64,000 bases of DNA from Camelus ferus (Eukaryota): positions 25,050,001 through 25,114,000 of the forward strand of contig NC_045697.1 in the NCBI RefSeq assembly GCF_009834535.1, in the 5' to 3' direction. The position numbers were made by a program, and so were the translations under genes. The notes beneath the pieces were generated by a model that ran no database searches, was not told the origin of the DNA, and saw only the letters and a program-made list of their open reading frames with translations. Within the stretch, counting starts at the first letter, position 1. The number at the start of each line of letters is the position of its first letter. Shown piece by piece: positions 1 through 13,109 of the stretch.

Positions 1-169
1 TTATCTTGATTTATTTTGCACACTTTTAGCAAGATGTGTCCTAAGATAATTTCTTCTTCACTTTTACACCATTTACACTTACAAAAGATTTCACAGGAAT
101 GCTCTACTTTTGGATAGTGAGGTATATTTGTATATAAACTATAAATATATAAATATAACATATAAATAA

Positions 170-2080
170 TTATATTTATATAATAATTACTAAAAAGATT
201 CTATGGAAAAGCTACAGCTAATGTAATATTTTGGTGAAATAATGAATGATTTTTCCTTAAGATAAAGAAAAGCCATGATGTCCACTTTTATTGGGTCTAC
301 CTAAAATTGTACTTTAAGTCCTAGCCAGTATAATTCAGTACACACATAAATAAATAAAAATATATTAAATAAAAAAGAAGATGTAAAAGGTCCTTATTTG
401 CTGATCATATGATCATTTATGCAGAAAACTAAGTAATCTACAAAAAGCTATTAGAACTAATAAGTAAATTTAATAAGGTCACAAACTTTAAGCTCAGTAT
501 ATAAAACTAAATTATATTTTTAAATATTATTAGTAAACATTTAGACAATGGAATAAAATTAATTGACAACAGATACAAAATTAATACATTTAAAACACTT
601 TTTAAAGAAGTTCAAAATCTTCAGACTGAAAACTATAAAATATTTTTAAGGGAAATCAAAGATCCACACAATATTCATGGATTAAAAGACTCAACATTGT
701 TAAGAGGCAATTCACAAAATAATCTATAGATTCCACTCAACATAAATCAAAATCCTAACCAGTATTTCTGAAAAAAATCAGAAAGCTTATATGTGTAACA
801 TAAAGGATCTAAAATAGTCAAGACATTTTGAAAATGAACAAGACTGAAGAACTTACACTACCTAACTTCCAGATGTACCATAAAACTACACTATTAAAAA
901 CAGCACAGTACCGGTACAATGACAAACAAGTAGAAATGTAACAAATTAATTAGTCTCATACTAAACCCATATTTACAAGGCCAACGAATTATCTACAGAA
1001 ATACCACTTCTAAATCAACCATACATTTAAACAGAACTAAACTTATTAAGCTTCTAGAAGAAAACACAGAAGAAATCTGATATTAGATATGAAAATAATT
1101 TCTCAAACAGTATAAAAAGCAAACTTTAAAAGTATACAATTAATAAATCAAACATTAAAATTTATCCTTCTTAAAATCTGAAAAAAAAAATGAAACTATA
1201 CAAGCCACAGAGAGAACACATTTTCAAACTGACATTTGCAAAATGATCATGTCTGGAATATATAAAAACATTACATACAACAAAAATCAAAACTCATATT
1301 TTAAAAAACTGATAAACGTGAATATTAAATTTGTAAAAGCAGAAACACAAATGACCAATAAGCACATGAAAAATGGTCCATATCTCTAGACATCAGGGAA
1401 ATGAGAATTAAATAACAAAGTACTCCGACATACTCACTAAAATAGCTAAATTTAAAAAGATTGACACACACAAGCGTGAATGAGATGTGGAGTTGTCATA
1501 CTGTCCTGGTGGGAACCATCTTTAGCAACTTTAGAACAGTTATCACAGTAATTTATAAAGTTAAATGTTCATCTACCTTTCACTTCTTTGAATTACTAAG
1601 GAGAAATAAAAACAATATATGTCACACACAAAGTCTACACCAATGTTCTCAGTAGTGTTATTGTTAGCCAAACACTAGAAACAACCCAGATGTCCACCAA
1701 CCAGTGATTAGCTAAACTGTGGGCTACTACTTCTACAGAATACAATTAAGTAAATTTAAAAAATAAAACAGTAACACATAAAACAACACTAAAGAATCTC
1801 AAAAGCATTGTCCTAAGTTGAGGTTGAGCAAAAGGACCACATAGTATGTGGTTCAATTTATATGAAATTTTAGGAAAGACAGAGGTGTAGTGACAGAAAA
1901 CAGATCAGTTGTTGTCTTAGGCCAGGGGTTCGGGAAGCGACTGCAAAAGGGCAGGAGGGAATGTTTTCCAGTGATGGAGCTCTTCCATACCTTACAGTGG
2001 AGATTTATATAATTTAGAAAACTATACACGTAAAATGAGTGAATATTACTGAATATAGATTATACCATACTAAATCTAAG
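170..2080 (+). mobile_element. Old L1 (L1MD/L1ME-like) ORF2 3' part and 3' UTR
   Basis: L1 ORF2-derived sequence (ctattagaactaataagtaaattt; caataagcacatgaaaaatg..catcagggaaatg) and L1M 3' UTR. Confidence 0.85.
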
Positions 2081-2190
2081 AATTATCATCTATTTGTTAA
2101 TGTAAGTGGACTCAAACATTTCCACATCCAAACATAAATTTTGATCAAAGATAGAGATGCTTATCTTATGTAGTTCTCTCTCCCTCCTGG

Positions 2191-2191
<1 letters not shown>

Positions 2192-2229
<38 letters not shown>

Positions 2230-2240
2230 CACACACACTC
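2192..2240. repeat. (TC)n(CA)n microsatellite
   Basis: Direct reading. Confidence 0.95.
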
Positions 2241-2469
2241 TCTGGAATTGTGTAGGAAATACATACATTTCATTTCATATTAGTTATTCAACAATGGCAA
2301 CTATCGTTCATTCTTTTTTCAACATATATTGACAATTTCACTATCATCCTTAAGACTGTATATATACACTAGTATAGAGTAGCATTTTAGGGCTTATAAA
2401 TTAAACAAAATTATTTTTGACATTAAATTTATTCTGTATCACTGCAAGCTTATCTGTTTTTTTTCCAAC

Positions 2470-2721
2470 CTTTTTTTTCAGATGATAGTTTGTCACTTAT
2501 TAATGTTTATATTGCATATTCTTAACATGTTTCTCATGTACTTTCTCATTCTATCTGCACAGCCAGGTAAGAGCCTGTGCTAAGCCCCACTCATATGAAA
2601 GACGGTAAGTTCGGTATTCTGATGTCTGTTTATCACCCACAGCACTTTGTTCTGTTCTGATCTGTTCTAGATGATTACTAAGTTCAACTTGACAGCATCT
2701 TGATATCTGGACAGATATTTT
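2470..2721 (-). pseudogene. Pseudo-exon, 252 nt, phase 0-0
   Basis: tttcag|KISVQ..ELSNHLEQIR..SYEWGLAQALTWLCR*NEKV..KK|gttgga; three in-frame stops; spectrin YE..L...L.WL motif. Confidence 0.65.
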
Positions 2722-3427
2722 CTGAAATTTATTATTAGCATTATCATCAGTAGTAGTGGTAAGTGTTGGTTTAAGGGTTACTTCATATAAATGAACAGTA
2801 ATACTATATCTGAAGGAAATATATTCATTTTGTTAGCATGTGCAGTTTTATTTGTTGGCATCATAAATTGCCAATGTTTAACAACTGTATATTTTTGAAT
2901 ACAGAATATACATGGTTTTGTCTTAGCTTATATTTGGAACATATTAAAAATAAAGTCACTTTCCCTTAATGCTACCACTTTTGGAAACAAATTTTTTTTC
3001 TTTTACAAGTATTTAATGTTTTATTAGCATCTCTGTAATATTTTAATTACTTTTAATTACTGCTAATTAAAAGGGATATTTTAAACTTCAATATATCTAT
3101 TCAAGCACCTTTAGAAAACTATGGATGAGGGTACTTAGTATATTTATGTATAAGTCAAAATGATTATTTATTCAATTTGCTTAAATTCATTATGCTTTTT
3201 AATATCATCGTATTACTCTGTGCTCAAAGTTTTGATATATGTATGAATGTGACCATAAATTTCACTTCAGGTTTCACAAGAAAATTTAAATTTAGAAGGC
3301 AACACTGACTATTTCCTCCAGTTATTATTTTATTCTGGGAAAGCTTATTATTTATTACTTCCAAAAAAATGTCTGCAAAAAAGCAAATCTATGACCAACC
3401 CAGTAGTCTGCAATTCAAAAATTAACC

Positions 3428-3564
3428 CACTGGAGGTACATGGGGAATTACATGTTCAGTAGCTTTTGCTTTTTAAAATATGATTCCCATGCAAAGCTTT
3501 GCAAACGCCTCACAACGTGGAATCTTTTGCAGTATCTGTCATGTCAGCTCATGTTCATCACTTC
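3428..3564 (-). pseudogene. Possible pseudo-exon
   Basis: Strong acceptor ttccctttttggcctcag|; HELT*QILQKIPRCEAFAKL is helix-B-like. Confidence 0.4.
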
Positions 3565-4065
3565 CTGAGGCCAAAAAGGGAATATAAAACATGTTCCATA
3601 ATCTTTCCTAATTGAACACAACAAAGTTCAATAGAAGTAAATTTCTGTTCAACAGCTGCCATTTAAAGCAGTTACTTATTAAAAAAACTCAGAGAATGCT
3701 TTGTGAACTTAGGGTACTATAACTTACAAATCACAATATATTTATTATTAATAAGGAAACTTCACAGTAATGTATTGTGAAGGAGTTCTAAATATAAATA
3801 AATTGAATAAAAACTAAAAGTAGAAATCACAAATTATTTATCTTTAGTCTCTGATTTCTAATTTGCCACCAATGAATCCACTAGACTACTGTCTGGAAAA
3901 AAACAGATGCTCAGATAATTTTTTAAATAAGAGAATAATTACAAGTATAAACTGTTCCTTATTGAGAAATATCTAAATAATTAAAAATTACAGTATAATA
4001 TACCTTACTACATTTCAAAGCTGGTTTTGTCATACAAAATAGATCTGATATAGAGAAAGGTACTT

Positions 4066-4225
4066 AAAAGCTGTGTCTCAATTTCATCGTCTATAGTAGA
4101 TACTAGCGAGTCTACCTCATGTGGTTAGTTTAAAGATTAAATGAACTAATACAAACAATATGCTTGCAATTTTCTATCTCAATGTATGTCCTAACTATAT
4201 AGGTGTCTGTTGTTACAACTATTAT
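4066..4225 (+). mobile_element. MIR SINE fragment
   Basis: Core-like tgtgtctcaatttcatcgtctata..ctacctcat..gattaaatgaactaat. Confidence 0.65.
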
Positions 4226-4394
4226 TAAATTCTCTAGATGTTCAACATCTATTTGGAAAATTACCAACTGAATTTCTTTGTTTACCTCAAGAAGTCACAA
4301 AGGACAAAATGCTTCATTTGCATCTGGACACATTCAGTAAGGACAGAATGAATTAACAGTTGATACCTATTATTATTGTTTTATATTTTTAGTA

Positions 4395-5215
4395 TTTATT
4401 CCTATGAATTCTTCACATATTTTGGATATGTATTCTATCAAATGTGTGTTTTGTGAACTTTTTTCTCATTGAAGACTTATCTTTTTTATAATCAGAACCT
4501 TTTGTTAAATAGATATACATTATTTACATGAATTTATTCATAACTTTGTATCATTAATGCTTTTTGTGTCCTAAGAAATCTTCATGTTACCAAGGCAGTA
4601 AAAATGTTCTCCTATATTTCTTATAGAAACTTTTAGATTTATATTTTTTCCTTATATCCATGAGAGTAATTAATTAATTTTGGTCTGTGTTTTGAGGCAG
4701 GGATCAATATTTTTTACATAAATCTATCCAGCATCATGTGTTGAAAGGACTCATTTTCCCATTAAATGTCTGGCACATCAGTAAAGTAAATAAACTGACT
4801 ATATGTATATTTGTATATATACAAATGCCACTTGTTTTATGGGACTGGTCCTGGACTCTCAGTTCTCTTCCATTGATTTATTTGCTTATGCTATGTCAGT
4901 CCTACATTATCTTGCTTACTGTATGTCGTAAATCTTGAAATCGAGGAGGATGGGCGCACCAAATATGTTATTTTACAAAAACCCACCAAAAAACATGTTT
5001 GTTAAGGTCTTTTTTGGTTTCACACATGTGTTAAAAGGAGCATAACATTTTTTACAAACAAAACAAAACCCTAGTTGAATTCTAAGATTATACTGAGTCT
5101 GGGGATAAATTTTGGGGAGAATGGACATCTTGATGATACTGATTCCTCTGACTGATATTCATCTTTCCATTAGCAATGCTTTGTAGTTTTCTGTGTTTAT
5201 GTCATGCAAATATCC
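4395..5215 (-). mobile_element. Old L1 ORF2 fragment
   Basis: Antisense L1 hallmarks (ccagcatcatgtgttgaaaggactcattttccc; aattttggggagaatggacatctt). Confidence 0.8.
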
Positions 5216-5340
5216 CCATACTTCACTTACTACTACTTCATTTTTTAGGAGTTTTTAGGATTTTGCTTCATTTTTACTTTCCTGACTTTTCTCCTATGAT
5301 GATTTTTATATTTAGCAGTGTATCAACTGAAACATCAGAC

Positions 5341-5797
5341 CTACATGCAAATATGTCTCTCTATATATTCACAAAACTCTTCAAGAATATATTCATTTTT
5401 AAGGACAGATGTCCTCAAATTTACATCTCCAGGGTACAATTTTTCTGTATGAATTCGCCCATATGATTTTTCATATTGTTCCCATTTCTCAAACTCTTCT
5501 CTTTTTCAACAGTTACTGCAATCACCATTTTTACGTCCTCCTGTATTAAGCTGCATTTTTCCAGTGATAATCAACTCCTCAGCTAATCCAGCTATCATAT
5601 TGTTCATGTGAGATTTGGTCATCTACTTTTCATCTGCTGTAAACAGATACTGAACATTTTTATTTACCTCAAACTGCTGACAATAGTCTAAGTTATGCAG
5701 GCTTCCTGATCTCCAAATGATAAAGATTAATTTTAAATTTTTTATAATGTATCTTATCTCCAAAATGTTCAATCAAGTCATCATTGTACATCTGCAT
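5341..5797 (-). pseudogene. Pseudo-exon
   Basis: acatag| ... TAG|gtctga; LHNLDYCQQFE, GLAEELI, EKWEQYEKSY spectrin-type motifs. Confidence 0.55.
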
Positions 5798-6427
5798 CTA
5801 TGTAAATATTTATATTAACTTTAAAAGGCAACACTGGATTAAGACATCACTTAAAGCTATTTTAAAATATCACAAAGGTACTAAATATCGATATAATGTG
5901 ATGGAGAATAGTGTATTATCAGAAGTCATATCAGAGAGAACACACTAGTATATGGTTGTAAGAAATATTTTCAGTAGTTACATGGGGTAGAGAACTGAGT
6001 ATTTCAAAGGTATATCAAACTGCTTTCTAATGCTGGCAGATCCAGGAGGCCTTTGATTTGCTGAGTTTACAGCAACATCTTAGACACTGATTGGTACCAA
6101 TGATAGTCCTCTGTTTTTGTTCCATTAGCAACTCAGCATTCTCTCAAAAAAAAAAAAAAAGTAGAAATATCTAAAGACTATCTGCTTGAAGACACAAGAA
6201 TGTATTAGCTTGCCTCTCATGGCCACCTTCCCAAAATTGAGAGCTGTATTTGGAGAAAAATAGACAGACAGGTGTGAGAGGAAGAACATGAAAAAATTAT
6301 TTGATGCATCACATACAGATGAGATTACATATCCAATTATATAATAATGTTTTGATGTCAAATTTTTGTTTACTTTCTCTTGAGTAATAACTCATAGCAT
6401 TGTAATGAAGGAAAAAACCCATTATCT

Positions 6428-7385
6428 TTTTGTTTAGTAAATGTTCTTTACATCCAAGATTTTCCTTCCAGTGCTTCAGTATGTTTCTCTCCTCAGGCAT
6501 TTGGTTGCAGGATATGCATTCTTGTATCAAGTATCTGATTACAATTTGCAGATAATTAGTTCTTAGTCTTTATATCTTGAAATGTCCAAATTGAACTTTA
6601 AGTATTATTTATGGAGTCTTCCTTTTCCACTGCCTGGAAATGGCCTTTGTCTGCATATCTGAGTTTCTCTTATTTCTCCAACTATATACAGTATCCTGTC
6701 TATTTTTCTCTTAATCATTTTGGCTGTTAAAACAAAATGCCATAGACTGGGTGGCTTACAAATAACAAAAAGTGGCTTTCAAAGTTTTGGAGGTTGGAAG
6801 TCTGAGATCAGGGTGCTAGCTTCGTTGTGTTCTGGTAAGAGCCTTCTTTTGGATTGTGCTAGGTTCACTGCTGACTTCTTAACTTCATACGGCAGAAAGA
6901 GTGAGAGAACACCATGAGGTCTCTTTTTATAGGGCACTAATCCCATTCTCCAGAGTGCCATCCTCATGTCTCAATCACCTCCCAAAGACTTCATCTTCTA
7001 ATACTATCACACTGGAGGTTAGGGTCTCAACATATGAATTTTAAACATGCAGTCCACAACATTGTTATTTTTCTCATCTATGCTTTAGGTACGTCCTGTC
7101 CAGTATAGTAGTATTGGGAGGAATTTATCCATGAATAGGTTCAAGTTTCTGCTCGGTTTAGGCTTTCAGAGCAAAGGGCACTGGCAACTCAATTGGATGG
7201 AAATTATATATTGAAGCTAGTGATAGTGCATCACTCTGGAGAGATTTGGAGATTTATATCCCTGCAGCAATTTGCAATTCCATGGTAGTGAAGATAAGAT
7301 TTTCCCCTTCGTTCCCTGGAGAAAATTTGTTTAAATTTCAAAGTAAAGATGTCTGTCTTTCTGTTTGTCTTTCTCTCCCCATTTA
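6428..7385 (-). pseudogene. Large pseudo-exon interrupted by an MLT1A LTR
   Basis: LNKF..NEGENLIFTT..KSLQSDALSL and SWINS upstream of the LTR; INNT*SSI and LIQEC..NILKHWKENL downstream. Confidence 0.55.
6707..7061 (-). mobile_element. MaLR solo LTR, MLT1A-like
   Basis: aacaaaatgccatagactgggtggctta..agggcactaatcccatt..atcacctcccaaag..tcaacatatgaattt. Confidence 0.85.
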
Positions 7386-7934
7386 GAGGAGAGGATTTGC
7401 ACATATGACAATCACCTTATATAAACTTCAGTTGACCTAATTCTGGGCTAACTCCTTTTAGAATCAAACCCACTACATATGGAGGTGATGTCCTGTCTTC
7501 ATTCACATAGCCCTGTGGGCAACTGGGAAGGGCACAATCTATGAATAATAACTGTTAGTCTGATCCACAAAGCTTGTGTCTCCTGCCAGAGTGCATATGT
7601 AATTCTCTTTCTCTCTCTCTCCACCCCATCTTTCCCTCCCTACCTCCCATCTACCAGCTCTCTCTTTCTCTTCCACCACGTATGTGAGGTAGGTATAGAT
7701 ACAGATGTATCTCACATATAAGTTTAAAATTGTATATTTTAAATTGTCATTTAAATTTAAAATTATACTGTACTCTTCCCTGAGGATGAGCTATACTGGA
7801 TATTTTACTCGCAACTAAATACATATACATGTTAATATATATTAACAAGTTGCCTGTATGTGTGTATGTATACACACACACACACACACATACATACTCA
7901 TAGTTTATTAGCTTGCAAGTAAGACACCATTTCC

Positions 7935-8020
7935 TTTCACCTTTTTTCTTTTAATGTGACTGACAGAATTTAAAATAGCATAAATTTACGTTATATTTCT
8001 ATTGGACAATGTTGCTCTAG
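7935..8020. mobile_element. hAT-Charlie MER3/MER33-like end
   Basis: ttttaatgtgactgacagaatttaaaat..ttatatttctattggacaatgttg. Confidence 0.6.
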
Positions 8021-8375
8021 ACTCTGTATCCTTAGGAGAGGCTTTTTAATTCATTTTGACTTCTGTAAGATTTTATTTTACTTCAGAGTCAAAGGTGAAA
8101 TATAGTGGGTAATTTAGAGGCACTTCATGTTTAGCAATTTTAATACTTCTTGTTGGGAATATTAACACAGCTATGGCTCATGGGTGTTACTATTTATTTA
8201 TTTCAAGCTCTCTCTTATGGGCAACACATATTCTAATCACACTCTATTCTTCCTTGCTTTTGTCTCGGTTTATAAAAACTAAAATATCACAAAAGACACA
8301 GAGACATTTAACGGCGAAACTCAATTAAAAGGACAGAAGTTAGGGCAAAGTGCAATTAAGAACCAAGTCATTTTC

Positions 8376-9282
8376 ATTTCTCCAAAGACATACAGATGCC
8401 CTGCAGGCATATGAAAATATGCTTAATACCAGTAATTATTAGAGAAATGCAAATCAAAACTACAATGAGGTATCACCTCACACCAGTCAGAATGACCATC
8501 ATTCAAAAGTCTACAAATAATAAATGCTGGAGAGGATGTGGAGAAAAAGGAACCCTCCTAAACTGTTGGTGGGAGTGTAAATCGATGTAGCCACTGCAGA
8601 GAGTAGTATGGAGGTTCCTCACAAGACTAAACATAGAGTTACCATAAACATCCTACAATCCCACTCCTGGGCATATATTCAGAGAAAACTCTAATTCAAA
8701 AAGATACATGCACCCCAAAGTTCACAGCAGCACTATTTACAATAGCCAAGACATGGGAGCAACTAAATGTCCATCAAGAGAGGAAAGGATAAAAGTGTGG
8801 TGTACACATAATGAAATATTACTCAGCCATAAAAACGAATGAGAGAGTGCCATTTGCAACAACATGAACAGACCTAGAGATTATCATACTAAGTGAAGTA
8901 AGTCAGAAAAAGGTGAATATCGTATGATAGTACTTATATGTGAAACCTAAAATAATGATACAAATTAACCTATTTATAAAACAAATAGAATCACTGACAT
9001 AGAAACAAATTTATGGTTATTAAAGGGGAAAGTGGGGGGGTTGAGGAAGGGATAAACTAGGAGTCTGGAATTACTATATACATACTATTATAAATAAAAC
9101 AGATAACAACCACCTACTGCATAGCACAGGGAACCATATTCAATATCTTGTAATAACCTATAATGGAAAAAAATCTGAAAAATTATATATAAATATATAA
9201 ATATATTTATAATAAACTCAATCACTTTGTTGTACACCTGAAACTAACACATTGTAAATTAATTATACTTCAATAAAAAATA
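8376..9282 (+). mobile_element. Younger 5'-truncated L1 (ORF2 C-terminus and artiodactyl-type 3' UTR)
   Basis: ORF 8396-8590 [39 protein letters not shown]; 3' UTR cctactgcatagcacagggaac..tgtacacctgaaactaacac..caataaaaaa. Confidence 0.95.
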
Positions 9283-10711
9283 TATTTCAAAGCCCAATAA
9301 AATATCATTAAGTCAATATGATAATTACTACGAAGACATGAGTTGATAACAGCTGCATTAAAACAAATCTTTAAAGTGTTCTATGCTACTGAAAAAATAA
9401 AGCTCAAACTATTCACAAATAAGAAAGAAAAATGTTCAAAAAATAATTCATTTTGAGTATTTTATATTAAAAACTAAAAGCCTCAATTAATTTCTGGTAG
9501 CAATTAAGAAAAAAACCTGATTTTAGTCACTGTGAAAAATACATGTAACAGCTTTTTGATCTTTAGGATCAGCAAACTAATATTGGAAAGTAAAAGCAAT
9601 AGATCAGCATTTTAATGTGACAAGGGTAGCTAAACTGTCAACATTTATTATTTTCCTTCAGAATTGTTTTTACTTCAAATATAAATTTTCTAATTAGCAG
9701 AGTAACTCATAATGCATTTTTAAGAAACAAAGAGCATTTTTCAACACTTTTAAAAAGAGTTAGACTGCCAAGAAATAGAAATAATAAACATTATTAAAAC
9801 AGCAATAAAATAATGAATGTTTATGACACTTTAGAAAATACAATAAATATGGAGATATATATTATATATATGTATGTGTGTGTGTATATATATCACTGCC
9901 TATGCTTTAATCTGAAAATGGTGACATGCAGTTTTAGAATAGAAATTTTTAATTTATGTGTTAATTATCAGGTTGCAACAGAGTAGTAATACTGATGGTA
10001 AAAATTCTTCCTCAGTCAGAATGCTTGTAATCAAGAAATTAACAATGTCGATGCCACCTTAAAAAAATCATGTGTGATAAACCCTCAGTGAGAAAAGTAT
10101 TACTAAAATAAGATAAAAAATTCAGAGCATACAGATCCATGTTTTGTTGTGTGAAGTGCTTTGTAGAGCTCAGCATCAGAATTTTAATCCATATGCTTCA
10201 CACTGTTTGTGACAAATTCAGCTTCTAAGTAATTGATGAGCATATGCTTTTATCAAATTAGATTTATAGGATGTAAACGAAAAATAATTCATTAATGTTA
10301 AAGACTTTGTAAAACCTTCTTTCCTTGTATTGCGATTTTAAATAGATCAGGTAATTATTTTAACACAGTATCTTGTCAAGAGTTTTTAAAAGGACTACAC
10401 TTTTCATTTTCGGTATCTCATAATGGAATAATTGAAATGTTTATGTTGGAAAAGACTTCAACTTAATCTTATAGTTTCATCTATTCACATATCTAGCAAG
10501 CACCTAGACTGAAAAAAAAAAAGATTCCTCTTTTACGTCATTAAAACATCCTTAACATTTCACCCAGAAAAAATGGCATTTAAAATACGAGATTATTTTT
10601 GAAAAAAAAGTTTCTCAATTCCTATAAATAAACAATGTACCAAAAATATAACTTTCTCAAATCGTCATAGGCATAAGCAGAATTCCAGGGCTTATCTGCC
10701 TTTATCTTACA

Positions 10712-10900
10712 CATCCTGAGTTAATCTGATAGCCTCTCTAGACACATGGGTGACACCATATATCCTGTAGTGTATCCATGACAGACATGGTTGTCTTACC
10801 AGTTGTCCTAATAAATGACAGTGCCCAATCAATTTAATTTTTAGATGCCACTCTATTTTAAAGTCAACATGGTTATTAAATGATCGTTTCACCTTTATTA
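10712..10900 (-). pseudogene. Possible pseudo-exon
   Basis: ORF 10707-10910 HLLGQLVRQPCLSWIH (helix-A-like) ending at a |gtaaga donor. Confidence 0.35.
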
Positions 10901-10904
10901 AAAT

Positions 10905-11036
10905 ACTCATTCATTTATTTACTCATTCAACAAATATTTTAAGTATTTACTATGTGTTAGCATTTTAATAAGAGCTGAGGCTGTAGCTTTGAACAAATAT
11001 AAAATTCTCAACCTCATGGAATTTATAATTTGGTGA
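10905..11036 (-). mobile_element. L2 3' end
   Basis: cattcatttatttactcattcaacaaatatt..tactatgtgttagca..caacctcatggaatttataat. Confidence 0.75.
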
Positions 11037-11219
11037 ATATGTAGCAGATTGAAAATAATAAAATTTTTTTTTAACCAAGTTGTTAGGTTGTTTAATTAAC
11101 ATATCATTTGGGCTTTGGTATTTCAGGGTAGAAATGTACAAACATTGACTTTGTAATCTCAAAAGAATGACTATTCCAATGTGCTGCTTTTAACCATATA
11201 ATTATCTTTCCCTTAATAT

Positions 11220-11536
11220 ATGTGTGCCATTTAAATTTAAAACTGTGCTACACACTTTTCTGAGGATCAGCTATCCTGGATATTTTATTTGCCATACACT
11301 CAATTTTGGGCCAAGTTCTACTCACTTTAGATAGCATTATCTCCACCTTTACTTCCTCAGTCTACGTCAGGAATCTATTCTGTTTCTACCACTACTCTTC
11401 AGTTATTTAGTTTGCCTCAACCACTTAGTCCTAAAATCAGCAAGTACTTTATGTTCCCTTGGACATGCCATAGACTGAATGAAATTTCATTAATTTCATC
11501 TTTAAACATAAACATTACTCCAACAACACTTTGCAC
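11220..11536 (-). pseudogene. Pseudo-exon(s)
   Basis: ccttctag|VQSVVGVMFMFKDEINEISFSLWHV ungapped vs LQNEVVSQASFYSKLLQLKESLFSV; later DFRTKWLRQTK. Confidence 0.55.
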
Positions 11537-11636
11537 CTAGAAGGAAATATTATCCAAACATAGATTAGTCTACAAAGTTTCTGAGTTCAGAAACACAGGG
11601 AGTTAGAGAGGCAAAGGGAAGAGACATTGCTTTTAC

Positions 11637-11868
11637 CTTCAGATTGTTGTAAACTCAGGCTCTCTCCGCAAGATACCCTACTTCTCACTTGCCCACTGGT
11701 GTCGGAATACCTCCCCTCATTCCTCAGCCCTGACAGAAAGAGCCAAAGAAGTTGAGGAATTTAGACCACTTTCTCACCATATCCCCAATGGTTTCCCTGG
11801 GAAAGGTATGCACAGCTACTTCTATAGAGAAATCCATAGTTTACAGATGGACACAGTCAGGTTTACTT
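11637..11868 (-). pseudogene. Pseudo-exon
   Basis: RETIGDMVRKWSKFLNFFGSFCQ[fs](W)LR vs RQTALENLLAHWQRLEKELSSFLTWL; ends AAG|gtaaaa. Confidence 0.65.
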
Positions 11869-11894
11869 CTAAGAATACTAACTCTCAGCTAATG

Positions 11895-12100
11895 TGTAGG
11901 GGCATGTGCTGGTATCTAGCATTTCACATGTATTTTTCACATGTAATTTTCCAGCAATAAGACCATGAGATAGATAATGTTCAATTTTACAAACGAGGAA
12001 ACAGAGGTGTTGGCAGAAAAACAGCTCACCCTGGATCACAGTCAGTATTTGAAAACAAGATTTACTTTTAATCCATTAAACTTTTCTATTAATCACTACA
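11895..12100 (-). mobile_element. MIR
   Basis: caattttacaaacgaggaaacagagg core. Confidence 0.7.
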
Positions 12101-12329
12101 ATTATGACATGTATAACCAGTTGTCATTTACCAGCCTATCAGGAAGTTCATATTTATTCTAAAACCACAGAAAACTTCTTGTTGGCAGATCATTTTACGA
12201 GGATTTAAAAAACTGGCAAAATTATTTTGTCCTTATACTTGTTATCTTATAATTGTTATCTACCTCTGGATAGCAAGCACTACAGGGCACTTACAACTTT
12301 AATTGGTGAGATATTGATATAGATATAAA

Positions 12330-12487
12330 CACACCTCACTAATTATATATTTTTAGATCTTATATTAGTGAAACTAGTGAAATATATAAAATGTAAATAA
12401 ATATTTTTTGTTTATTTGTATTAAGTTTTTTCTTTCTTCTCTCTTTCCCTTATTTCCTTGTTCAATTGTTTCTTTCTTGAAATCCAT
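12330..12487 (-). pseudogene. Pseudo-exon
   Basis: caccag|A TGG: phase-2 (K/R)|WISRKKQLNKEIRERE, a spectrin helix-C-type junction; 3' end uncertain. Confidence 0.5.
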
Positions 12488-12629
12488 CTGGTGCAACAAA
12501 CTTGAACAGAGTTTAAATGATTTTTTAAACTACGTAACAAAAGCTTTGAAAGTAGAAAATTTCATTAAAAAGAAAACACTAAATAGAAAAATTGAGTGCG
12601 AAAGTGTCCAAATTCGAGTCAAGTAAGTG

Positions 12630-12950
12630 ACTCAGCCAAGATGCCTGGAAGATTTTCTCTAAGATGTGAACTTTTCAACTACATTTTGGAAGGAGCAAAA
12701 TACGTGGCTTATTACACAGAATGAAGAGGGTGCTGAGGGAAGGCTGAGATGACAATGCAGAGATGGGGACTGGCCTTTGTAATGGGGGTAGGTCACTGAG
12801 CTGGGGAAGGACAATCAAAGTCTGAGCATCAGAGAGCATGGAGTGTGGAAGGAGGGTTATGATCAATGAGTAAATGTGGCTGAGATAGGATTTTTAAAGA
12901 TAGGAACCATTTTGAGAATCTGTTTTAGCAATAGCATACAAAAACAATGA
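12630..12950 (-). mobile_element. L2 fragment
   Basis: Purine-rich L2-like sequence (aagatgtgaacttt; gagataggatttttaaaga). Confidence 0.5.
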
Positions 12951-12991
12951 TGAGAATAGGAAGATTTCAACTTTGCTTAGAGTTTTAAGAC

Positions 12992-13109
12992 TTTTTGTTG
13001 ACCTTTTCATCACCTATGTAATCCTGTCACCGTGGTCTGTTTGGAGAACTTGAGTTAAACTTTTTGCATTTCTTAAGTAACCAGTGAACACAGAGAGAAG
13101 TTTAAAGCT
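12992..13109 (-). pseudogene. Pseudo-exon
   Basis: ttaccag|SFKLLSVFTGYLRNAKSLTQVLQTDHGDRIT*VMK vs SKLSSIVGLEEEAQSFAQFVTTGESARIKAKL. Confidence 0.7.

Noticed and set aside
2563..2604. Plus-strand 42-nt exon candidate (cacag|..|gtaagt)
   Set aside because: No partner exons or recognisable product; better explained as the antisense of the minus-strand pseudo-exon.
3428..3564. Dystrophin post-ZZ motif (FAK.L...F.SK.Y)
   Set aside because: Needs several frameshifts, no WW/EF/ZZ exons were seen nearby, and spectrin-type exons continue downstream.
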